Shown here piece after piece: positions 10,914-18,636 of a DNA stretch of 64,000 nt; position 1 is the first letter of the stretch; the number at the start of each line of letters is the position of its first letter. Origin of the DNA: a virus. A model generated the notes under the pieces. It saw nothing but the letters and a program-made list of their open reading frames with translations. It made no database searches and had not been told where the DNA came from. The position numbers were made by a program, and so were the translations under genes. The DNA lies in the IMG/VR virus record IMGVR_UViG_2919361683_000002, positions 81,711 to 145,710 of that record; one strand, 5' to 3'.

Positions 10914-11019
10914 CTATATTCCTCCCTGAAGATATCCTAAATGCTATGTATATCCAGTTGTCAATAGAATTATGCACTTAGCTATGGAAATATTCGTATG
11001 ATACGAAAAAAACTTGACA

Positions 11020-11031
11020 GAACAAACGTTC
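11020..11031. promoter_or_regulatory. LexA (SOS/Cheo) box
   Basis: GAAC-AAAC-GTTC just upstream of the -35 (TTGTTT-17-TATAAT) of the mazF-like gene. Confidence 0.65.
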
Positions 11032-11181
11032 CATCTTGTTTTTAATTATTTTTGTTAGTATAATAACAAATAGAAAGAGCGAAGATAGGTTTAGAAAAGT
11101 ACATAATAGAATTTAACTAGTAGTAAAAATAAAAATAAGATGAGAAGTTAACAATAAGGTTAAATGAGGAGTGATTACATA

Positions 11182-11550
11182 ATGGCGGTAGCAATGGAAA
11201 GAATGACAAAAGAAATTAAACGTTTGGATATGTGGAATGTACATTTGGGGAGTAATAAAGGGAGTGTACAAAGTGGTGAAAGACCATGTGTGGTGATTGG
11301 TAACAATATGGGAAACAAGTATTCTCCAGTAGTTATAGTGGCTCCTGTAACATCACGTGTAAAAAAAGAAATGCCTACTCATGTAAAAGTAAGTGGAACA
11401 GACACAGGACTATATAGCGATAGCATCATTTTGCTGGAACAAATTATGACTATATCCAAAGATCAATTAGATTTTAAAATTACCGAACTTCCAGATAAGT
11501 ATAGTCATGAAATTGTGGATGCATTATCAGTTTCATTGGCAATGAGATAA
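11182..11550 (+). CDS. mazF: MazF/PemK-family endoribonuclease toxin (no adjacent MazE)
   Basis: GSVQSGERPCVVI.N..GNKYSP..IVAPVTS...PTHV...DSIILLEQI.TI.K; start refined to ATG 11182. Confidence 0.88.
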   Translation: MAVAMERMTKEIKRLDMWNVHLGSNKGSVQSGERPCVVIGNNMGNKYSPVVIVAPVTSRVKKEMPTHVKVSGTDTGLYSDSIILLEQIMTISKDQLDFKITELPDKYSHEIVDALSVSLAMR

Positions 11551-11562
11551 AGAAACGGGAAA

Positions 11563-11784
11563 CTAATCCCGTTTCTCTTCTTTATGTAAAAGGATTATCT
11601 CATCAAGATCTATATCCAAGACTTCGCAAATAGTAGCCAAGTTGTCGAAAGATAGTTGTTTTGCAGTGTTATTGCATAGGCTATTTATTGTTGCAGGTCT
11701 AATGCCAGTTCTGCGCGCCAACTCCCTATTACTAATACCCTTTCTATCTAATATATGAGAGAGTGTAATTTCAAACCACCACAT
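11563..11784 (-). CDS. Cro/C1-type HTH regulator (HTH_26-like)
   Basis: GISNRELARRTGIRPATINSLCNN...LATICEVLD. Confidence 0.8.
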   Translation of the reverse strand: MWWFEITLSHILDRKGISNRELARRTGIRPATINSLCNNTAKQLSFDNLATICEVLDIDLDEIILLHKEEKRD

Positions 11785-11802
11785 ATTTCACCAAAAAAGC
11801 AG

Positions 11803-11864
11803 TTGACATGTAAAATAACCCCTTTTATAATAAATTAAGAGCAAGTGGAACGAATTTCGTTCCA
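11803..11864 (+). promoter_or_regulatory. Consensus sigma-A promoter followed by a 19-bp palindromic operator
   Basis: TTGACA-17-TATAAT (11803-11831); TGGAACGAA-T-TTCGTTCCA (11846-11864). Confidence 0.75.
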
Positions 11865-11967
11865 TAAAGAAGACATAACAAAATCTCCCTACTTTTGTAG
11901 AGGGAGTAATTTGTCATTTTATTCTATCAGATTAACGGCATAATAGACAACATCATGGAGAGCAGCT

Positions 11968-12183
11968 ATGAAAAATAAAAGATTTTGTTTAATGAAGCTA
12001 ACCGAGTATGACAGAGAACATAAACTCGAAACTTGGGTATTTACGAACACAAATGCCGATAGCGAGCACACACTAAGCAATTTTATGGCAAATGGGTTCC
12101 GTATATGGGATTCTAAGAAAAACTGGGTAGTGAGAACGAACCTTGATATTGACAAATGGTTACATGTTAACCAAAAGGAGTGA
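11968..12183 (+). CDS. Hypothetical protein
   Basis: ORF with RBS GGAG. Confidence 0.55.
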   Translation: MKNKRFCLMKLTEYDREHKLETWVFTNTNADSEHTLSNFMANGFRIWDSKKNWVVRTNLDIDKWLHVNQKE

Positions 12184-12184
12184 A

Positions 12185-12565
12185 ATGATGGGTCAAGTCA
12201 TAACAGATTTAATGATAAAAACATCATATGATTACGCAAAAAGAGTATTTCATAATCAGATTGAATTAAATCATGCACTTAACGACATTGTAACTCTATC
12301 CGGCATGTATAGAGGATTAGCTTTAGCTTACGTTTCAGCTTTCAGATCAATGATAGAAGGAAAAGTTTATAAGATTGCAATAAAGACAGAAGCGACAAAG
12401 TATTTTCTTGTTAATATTTATAGAGATTATGGCGCTTTATGTTTTAGCAAGGCTCTAGAGTCCGTAGTTCTACATATAGATTATTACAAAAAAAACAAGG
12501 GCATAAAATTAAACAAAGTAAAGGAAATTGTTGAGAATTTAAAATATAAGGAGGTTATTGCATGA
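12185..12565 (+). CDS. Hypothetical protein resembling the N-terminal domain of some HNH nucleases, without the HNH domain
   Basis: AKRVF...SGMYRG.A..YV..F..M..GKVYK......TKYFL.NI..DYG....KAL.....HIDYY. Confidence 0.45.
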   Translation: MMGQVITDLMIKTSYDYAKRVFHNQIELNHALNDIVTLSGMYRGLALAYVSAFRSMIEGKVYKIAIKTEATKYFLVNIYRDYGALCFSKALESVVLHIDYYKKNKGIKLNKVKEIVENLKYKEVIA

Positions 12566-12705
12566 AGTGTATGTATTGTAGAAAGGAATTTTTCACAACT
12601 GTTGAGAATCGAAAATTGTGTGATATCTGTCTCCCCATTGTAAGAAAAGAGTTAATAGCAAATCCACATAAATACACAAAATTAGATTTTGGTAATTTAT
12701 TGTGA
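12562..12705 (+). CDS. 47-aa zinc-finger peptide (not in the ORF track)
   Basis: MKCMYCRKEFFTTVENRKLCDICLP...; RBS AAGGAGG. Confidence 0.6.
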   Translation: MKCMYCRKEFFTTVENRKLCDICLPIVRKELIANPHKYTKLDFGNLL

Positions 12706-12913
12706 CACAAAGAGGACGATGAGTCTAGAAACTATAATATACATCAAAAAACACTGCTGGACAAAATAGAGATTTATAGAGAGTTCTGTAACAACTATTT
12801 AGAAGTATATGAACACGAACGTGGGCGAACATGAAAAGAGTTCGCTTTTTTGTGTTTTTTAAAATTTATTGTTTTGATAATAACTATCGCTTATAGTATA
12901 TTAATCATAGGAG

Positions 12914-13393
12914 GTGTTTGCGATTAATTCTCAATATTACACAATGACCTACACGCTAAACAGCGGTATTAAAGGAAGTGTAAATCTGTCCACCAAACAA
13001 ATACAGGACTGGATAGAATCTTATCGTGTAGGTAGTAAATATGTAACAACAGTAGGTAAAGAATACTTTGGATTGAATCCTGAGCTTGTGGCAGACTTTA
13101 AAGTACATAATGAATTTAGTGAGCAGAGGGAATATGTAGCAGCAATACAGCAACCAACAGTAGCAAGTAAGGTCAATCAACTTCTAACAGATGCATACAG
13201 CCAGCATAAAGTATGGATACAAGTAGAATGTAAATGTGGAGCTTCCTATATCAAAGATTCGGTGTATAAGAGAAGTAAATGGGGTTGTAAAGAATGTGGT
13301 GATATTGTATTTTTGGATAACAAGAAGGATATGGTGGAAACAGAGAAGGGTAAGGCTTGGTATATGACCAACAGGTATTTTGTTGAGAGGTGA
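12914..13393 (+). CDS. Hypothetical protein with a C-terminal Zn ribbon
   Basis: CKCG...CKECG; promoter TTGATA-17-TATATT at 12874-12902. Confidence 0.65.
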   Translation: MFAINSQYYTMTYTLNSGIKGSVNLSTKQIQDWIESYRVGSKYVTTVGKEYFGLNPELVADFKVHNEFSEQREYVAAIQQPTVASKVNQLLTDAYSQHKVWIQVECKCGASYIKDSVYKRSKWGCKECGDIVFLDNKKDMVETEKGKAWYMTNRYFVER

Positions 13394-14163
13394 TTCATAT
13401 GGATAATGAGATCGTTGCTCAGGCAAGGCTTGCGGCAGAAAAAGCAGGTGGATATTTGACAACTGAGCTTTTTGATAAATACAGAGATAAGGATAAAACT
13501 GTAACGTGGGATACTTATAACAGAAAACACAAAATTGGATTCAAGGAATTTTTAAAAATTGCAAACATACCAAGTAAAGATGAGTTTCAACTAAAAGAAA
13601 ATAGAACAAAAGCCATAAGTAATTTGAAGTTATTAAATGTAACACAAGGCTATATTGATAAGCAAGGATATGAAAAAGAGGGCTTTAGTCCTAGCTGGGA
13701 TTATATATCTGAGCATTTTGGAATAGAAAATCTCGCAGAAATAGCAAAGGTCAACTTAAAGAATAGATATTTAAACATCGATACAATGATAAGCGATTTG
13801 AAACAGGCAATAAAAAGGCTAGGCTATATCCCAACTAGAAAACAGTATGGGGATCTAAAACTTAAACCTTCATTGTCTACGATTGCAAATAACAATATGA
13901 CATGGGAAGTGGCTATGGCAAAGGCCGAGTTTAATGCTAAAGGCGCTAAAACACACGACAAAGTTTGTAACAACGAAAGGTGCTATACGCAATTCACACC
14001 AGTTAATAATGAGCTATTTTGTGATAGCTGCTACAAACAAATCAGGGAAGAAATTATAAAAAAGATACAAAACTATTCTTTAAGTGATGTAAGAAAAATG
14101 GCTATCGATCTAGTTTTATTTGGTAATAGCCATCAAAAGTTGGACGAATATCGGCGACTATAG
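13390..14163 (+). CDS. Homing-endonuclease-associated-repeat DNA-binding protein with a Zn finger
   Basis: Repeats such as ISDLKQAIKRLGYIPTRKQY..LKLKPSLSTI; CNNERC...FCDSC. Confidence 0.55.
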   Translation: MIHMDNEIVAQARLAAEKAGGYLTTELFDKYRDKDKTVTWDTYNRKHKIGFKEFLKIANIPSKDEFQLKENRTKAISNLKLLNVTQGYIDKQGYEKEGFSPSWDYISEHFGIENLAEIAKVNLKNRYLNIDTMISDLKQAIKRLGYIPTRKQYGDLKLKPSLSTIANNNMTWEVAMAKAEFNAKGAKTHDKVCNNERCYTQFTPVNNELFCDSCYKQIREEIIKKIQNYSLSDVRKMAIDLVLFGNSHQKLDEYRRL

Positions 14164-14218
14164 TCATGTATATTTATTATTTTTTTATGTTATAATGAAA
14201 ATATAATCAATACAAAGG

Positions 14219-15538
14219 GTGACGATATTGAAAAAAGAGAGAAGCGAATTAGAACAACGTCTAACTGAAATTGTTGAATCAAATAAAAATGATAAGAAAA
14301 GCATTTTAAAAATTAATGATCGTTTGAGTGCATTGGGAGTTCCATACGGAGAATATAATAAAATAATAATCAACACAAAACTGTTACAAGATACTGATAT
14401 TTCACTTATATGTGTGATTACAGAAGTATTGCAAAGTGTACTTGGTAATACAATAATTGATGTAATGGACTATTTTAGCCATAATGAAATAAACGAAGCA
14501 AAAGAAAACATTAAATTGATCTATCAAAAAGATTATTTAAAACTGCCTATTACTTTTGAAGACGTAATACAAATAGATGAAAGATCGTATTCTACAAAGA
14601 TTACTATACAGATGTTGGTACAAATGTTCAATTCTCAATTAATTAATTATGACCCACGTTCCCAACGTGGTATGAGATACAAAGGTAATACTCGCGATGG
14701 TGTAGTGGAGTCACCCATTGTTAACCAAACGAGTGTAAAAAAAATTGCTCAAAAAATTCTAAATCAAAGCTATCTTGCAGATACAATTACTTTTAATGTA
14801 TTCGCATACGAGCACCAACCTGTGACATATGATAAAGAAAATTATACTCTCACAATAAACGAAAAAAGTATAATTTCCATACTCGATGGATACCATCGTT
14901 TTCAAGGTCAAATTAAAGCTTTGAACACAAAAGAAGACATTGATTTTGTATCTCCTCTTTCAATAAGAGTATATGACAACACCACCGCAGAACAATATTT
15001 TGGTCAAATAAATACCATAAACCCCTTGTCCAAGGAAAGAAGAAAAGAACTACAAGCGGAAAAGAAGTCAGATAACGTGGTAAAAGAATTACAAAATAAT
15101 CCAAATAGTGAACTAAGAGGGATTAGAATTGCTTCTAGCAAAAAGGCAAATAAAGAAGTTGGTCAACTTACAACTTTCAGTATTTTGTCATTCGGAATTG
15201 AAAAAACATTTAACCCAACTAATTATGTTGAGTACAGAGAAGTCTCAGAATATTTAATTAAATTTTTTGGTTATTTAATTGGCTTTTATTACGACGAATT
15301 TATTGAAAATCCCAATAAACACACTTATATCAACAATCCTTTTATGTTCCTTGGGTATACGGTTATTGCTAAACGTTTTTACGATGAGAATAGAGAATTG
15401 AAAAGTTTGAAGAGTGTTGTAGATGAGATCAATTTTGAAGATAATGATTTGATTGAAATTCTTGAATCGAAGAGAATTTACGACAATAAGAAATTACAGG
15501 GAGAACTTATAAAATATTTTGAGCGCACTATAAAATAA
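14219..15538 (+). CDS. DGQHR/DndB (ParB-like) protein, SPbeta YopQ-like
   Basis: ISILDGYHRF motif; directly upstream of the YopR-like gene as in SPbeta; likely TTG start at 14228. Confidence 0.7.
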   Translation: MTILKKERSELEQRLTEIVESNKNDKKSILKINDRLSALGVPYGEYNKIIINTKLLQDTDISLICVITEVLQSVLGNTIIDVMDYFSHNEINEAKENIKLIYQKDYLKLPITFEDVIQIDERSYSTKITIQMLVQMFNSQLINYDPRSQRGMRYKGNTRDGVVESPIVNQTSVKKIAQKILNQSYLADTITFNVFAYEHQPVTYDKENYTLTINEKSIISILDGYHRFQGQIKALNTKEDIDFVSPLSIRVYDNTTAEQYFGQINTINPLSKERRKELQAEKKSDNVVKELQNNPNSELRGIRIASSKKANKEVGQLTTFSILSFGIEKTFNPTNYVEYREVSEYLIKFFGYLIGFYYDEFIENPNKHTYINNPFMFLGYTVIAKRFYDENRELKSLKSVVDEINFEDNDLIEILESKRIYDNKKLQGELIKYFERTIK

Positions 15539-15555
15539 CAAGAGGTGTCTTATTA

Positions 15556-16545
15556 ATGAACCGTATATATGGAGACAATCTATATAATCCAGATATAAAA
15601 CAAAGGTTTTTAGAGGGATATAGAAAAGCAACAAGAGGTAATTATGAAAGTAAATTAAAACGTGCAAGCAAGGTTGAAATGAAATACAACAAAGATTTGT
15701 ATAATTTTAGTTTGTCCGAAATCGAAGAGGTTATGTATTTGTTGGCTCCCAATAAATTGAGTTCGGCAACTATATATGGATCGGTAATTAAAAAATACAT
15801 CGAGTGGGCTATTTCTCAAGATCTTAGAGCTGATAATCTGAATCCACTTGATGTTGTTAATGGTAAGGAATTTTATGAAAAGTTTATTCCAAAGCAAATT
15901 CTTATAAGAGATGACGATCTTGAGTTAGCGCTTGGTAAAATTGATAGCAATAGAGATATTGTTATAATTCAAAGTATATTTGAAGGCATTCTAGGACGTG
16001 AATGCTCCGAAATCAGGAACTTGAAAAAGCAAGATATAAATCAAGCCAATGGGACAGTAAAACTGACAAACGTTGGACGATATGGGGAAGTGGAAGAACG
16101 AGAAATAGAGATAAGCGAATTTTTATTGGAAGCAATGCTTAGAGCCGATGAGGAGACAGCTTATAGCTCGAATTTCGGTGAAGGGAGTCTCAGTAATAAA
16201 AAAATCAGCAGCCTTAAAGACAGTTCTTATATCATAAAAAGCACTAAAGACGAAAAAGTTAAACAGACCCTTATATCTCAAACTATCACAAAGTTTGCTA
16301 CAAAGCTAAATATGGATAGATTGTCTCCAGTAGACATAAGGAATTCAGGAATGCTAAAAATGGCGAAAGATTTTTATGTTGATAATAAGGGTAAACTGGA
16401 GAGAAGCGATATACATGAAATAAGCAAAAAGTTTAATGTGGGCAGTAAAGATGGAGAGATCTTCTATACAACAATGTACACAAAAGACTTTTTAAATATA
16501 GAAACAATAATAAGAATATATCCAGAAGTACTTGAAGTAGAATAA
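15556..16545 (+). CDS. Tyrosine-recombinase-fold repressor, SPbeta YopR/MrpR-like
   Basis: LYNPDIKQRFL..., KYNKDLYNFS, YIEWAI, IFEGI.G...SEI.NL, LSP.DIRNSG match YopR as I recall it; the HxxR His is lost. Confidence 0.75.
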   Translation: MNRIYGDNLYNPDIKQRFLEGYRKATRGNYESKLKRASKVEMKYNKDLYNFSLSEIEEVMYLLAPNKLSSATIYGSVIKKYIEWAISQDLRADNLNPLDVVNGKEFYEKFIPKQILIRDDDLELALGKIDSNRDIVIIQSIFEGILGRECSEIRNLKKQDINQANGTVKLTNVGRYGEVEEREIEISEFLLEAMLRADEETAYSSNFGEGSLSNKKISSLKDSSYIIKSTKDEKVKQTLISQTITKFATKLNMDRLSPVDIRNSGMLKMAKDFYVDNKGKLERSDIHEISKKFNVGSKDGEIFYTTMYTKDFLNIETIIRIYPEVLEVE

Positions 16546-16569
16546 GTTTTTTCTTATTCTACTTTTTTT
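16536..16569 (+). terminator. Intrinsic terminator after the YopR-like gene
   Basis: AGTAGAATAAG-6-CTTATTCTACT plus T tract. Confidence 0.75.
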
Positions 16570-16580
16570 ATGTTTAGATG

Positions 16581-16609
16581 TTGACAGATCTGATTACTCA
16601 TGATATATT
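16581..16609 (+). promoter_or_regulatory. sigma-A promoter of the agr-like operon
   Basis: TTGACA-17-TATATT with an extended TG. Confidence 0.7.
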
Positions 16610-16656
16610 CACTATATAAATTAATTATATTTGTATTTAGGGAGAGAAACAGCAGA

Positions 16657-17298
16657 ATGGAAACAATCAAATACATATTATTGTCTATGTTTGATGGAGT
16701 AGCAATTTTTACATTTGGTTTTGGGATGTACCAAGTTAAGCTTCGTGAGTATTGGATACAGTTTGTGGTGGCGAGTTTATGTATATCTGTTGCTACTTAT
16801 CTATACAGAGATTATGGACTACCAGAGAACTTTGCTCCCATTGTAAATATAGGTTTGATGATCGTTTTTCTCATTTCTTTGTTTAAGATATCGCTACTTT
16901 CATCACTTAGAATTTCTGGAATTAGTTTTTTGTTTTCATTTATTGCTCAAACAATAATCGCAGTCCTTTTTATGGTATCAACATCGAAGTCATTAGATTC
17001 AACACTTTTTACATATGGATATATAGTACAAATAGCAGGGGACAGTATAGTAATCTTTACAAGTCTATATTTAAGAAAAAAATCTATCTGGTTTACTACA
17101 TTACCCTATCAATACTCCTTAAAATTCAAATTAAATTTCTCGAATATCACTTTGTTAATTGCGTCACTTTTAGGCGTAACATTTATGAGTAAATCTATTT
17201 TCAATAATATATATGTAAGTGGTCTTTTTTGGCTGGCAATATTCGTCATTATGATAATGATTGAATTTAGAAAGGAATTAAAAGATGAGAATAATTGA
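16657..17298 (+). CDS. Polytopic membrane protein, AgrC-like sensor region without a kinase domain
   Basis: 6-7 hydrophobic helices; no HisKA/HATPase motifs; overlaps agrB; ATG 16657 with RBS AGGGAG. Confidence 0.7.
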   Translation: METIKYILLSMFDGVAIFTFGFGMYQVKLREYWIQFVVASLCISVATYLYRDYGLPENFAPIVNIGLMIVFLISLFKISLLSSLRISGISFLFSFIAQTIIAVLFMVSTSKSLDSTLFTYGYIVQIAGDSIVIFTSLYLRKKSIWFTTLPYQYSLKFKLNFSNITLLIASLLGVTFMSKSIFNNIYVSGLFWLAIFVIMIMIEFRKELKDENN

Positions 17299-17824
17299 TC
17301 ATTTTGTTGACAAAGTGAGCCACCAATTAAAAAATAAATATCCAGACGAGTTGCCTTCATATGGTATCATCCGATATGCTTTAAAGTTCATAATTACAAA
17401 TACTATACCTATTCTTTTGATAATATTGTTTTCTCTGATTTTTGGAAATTTAAAAGAAAGTTTAATGGCGATACTTGGCTTCTCACTACTAAGAATATTT
17501 TCGGGAGGGTTTCATTTTCAAACTCCCGAAAAGTGCATAATTTTTTCGACAGTAATGATTATTCTTATTTCTGAACTTGGCTACTATTTTACTGCACATA
17601 CTTTTATAATGTTTATAGTTAGTTTGCTTTTAGTTCTAATTTACGCACCAAGCGATATACAAAATCAAACAAAAGTAAAAAAAGAAAATTATAAATGGTT
17701 TAAAATTATTTCATTGTTGTTAGTTTCAATATTTTATTTAATAAACAACCCAATATCTAATCTAGCTATATTAGTTCAAAGTATTCTTCTTATTCGCCTG
17801 AAGGGAGGTGAAAAGGAAGAATGA
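17285..17824 (+). CDS. agrB: AgrB-family peptide-processing membrane protease
   Basis: LLRIFSGGFHFQTPEKC retains the catalytic His/Cys; IYAPS. Confidence 0.92.
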   Translation: MRIIDHFVDKVSHQLKNKYPDELPSYGIIRYALKFIITNTIPILLIILFSLIFGNLKESLMAILGFSLLRIFSGGFHFQTPEKCIIFSTVMIILISELGYYFTAHTFIMFIVSLLLVLIYAPSDIQNQTKVKKENYKWFKIISLLLVSIFYLINNPISNLAILVQSILLIRLKGGEKEE

Positions 17825-17940
17825 AAAGCAAATTGATTATGTTAGTTGGCTTCGTTTTTACGATGCTGACTGTAGCAGAAGTAAATCTCGCTAGTTGGAC
17901 GCTGGTATGCAGTGAGCCAGTGCCTGATGAATTGAAATAA
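17821..17940 (+). CDS. agrD: AgrD-like cyclic-lactone autoinducer precursor, 39 aa: MKSKLIMLVGFVFTMLTVAEVNLASWTLVCSEPVPDELK
   Basis: ATGA overlap with the agrB stop; RBS GGGAGGTG; amphipathic leader, Ser core, acidic PxPDELK tail. Confidence 0.88.
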   Translation: MKSKLIMLVGFVFTMLTVAEVNLASWTLVCSEPVPDELK

Positions 17941-18016
17941 TTAAGTGAAACAAATGTTTACCGCCTTGTACTGAATAAAACTTGCAAGGCGAGTAAACGA
18001 ATCGAGGTGAATTCCA

Positions 18017-18382
18017 ATGAAGTTGACAGATACAATCAAGGTAGTAAAAAGAGAAGGTAAAAAAACACATGACCAAGCGATAATGCTTCAAGTTGGAGAA
18101 ATCCGAGCTTTTAAACCTGAAACAAAAAATGGACGAACTACGCTTGTATATTTGACTGATGACGGTGAATACATAGACGAGACCAGAGTAGATCAAACGA
18201 TGAAATTATTTCAAGAACTACCTGAGTTTGAAAAAGCAAGTAGAGGAAGTATGGTTCAGATCGGAAAAATTGAACATATAGATGAAAAGAGTTATAAGAT
18301 TTATGTCAATAAACTTAAAACTCATTTCGTAGATGTAACAGCAATACACTTGAAAAAAATACTAAGTTATTTCAAAAGGTAA
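18017..18382 (+). CDS. LytTR-domain-only regulator (no receiver domain)
   Basis: FEKASRGSMVQIGKIEHID resembles the LytTR motif F.R.hRS.iVN...I; follows agrD. Confidence 0.7.
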   Translation: MKLTDTIKVVKREGKKTHDQAIMLQVGEIRAFKPETKNGRTTLVYLTDDGEYIDETRVDQTMKLFQELPEFEKASRGSMVQIGKIEHIDEKSYKIYVNKLKTHFVDVTAIHLKKILSYFKR

Positions 18383-18422
18383 AATATAATTATCAATAAT
18401 ACATATAAATAACGGTAACTTC

Positions 18423-18600
18423 TTGCATTTTACCTTTTGGTATTGGTATAATGAAGTAAATCAGAACAAACGTTCTTGTTTATTGGCTATTCGACATTTT
18501 GCGACATAAATATTGTAGCTCATTCCATATAAAGGGTTTTGTCAAGAAATATTCGTATGATATGAATTTCAGTTGCCTAACTCTGGAAATATCATATAAT
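18423..18600 (+). promoter_or_regulatory. Regulatory region: extended -10 promoter, LexA box, tandem 0A-like boxes, palindromic operator, second promoter
   Basis: TTGCAT..TGGTATAAT; AGAACAAACGTTCT 18463-76; TTCGACA 18490 and TGCGACA 18500; ATTCGTATGATATGAAT 18551-67; TTGCCT-16-TATAAT. Confidence 0.6.
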
Positions 18601-18636
18601 TAATGTATAGAAAAAATATTACAGAGGAGAAAAGTT

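Noticed and set aside
11643-11649. Spo0A box TGTCGAA
   Set aside because: A single copy inside a coding sequence; expected by chance.
12826-12852. LexA-like GAAC...GTTC
   Set aside because: The spacer is 9 nt; it reads as a GCGAAC/GTTCGC terminator hairpin followed by a T run.
11900-12900. Arbitrium aimR/aimP/aimX
   Set aside because: No TPR-rich regulator of about 380 aa and no signal-peptide-bearing aimP ORF in the window.
14219-15538. Phosphorothioation (dnd) system
   Set aside because: Only a DndB-like fold is present, with no dndA/C/D/E genes; its context matches YopQ.
15556-16545. Active phage integrase
   Set aside because: The HxxR His is replaced, the first Arg motif is irregular, no att site is visible, and it fits a YopR-like repressor better.
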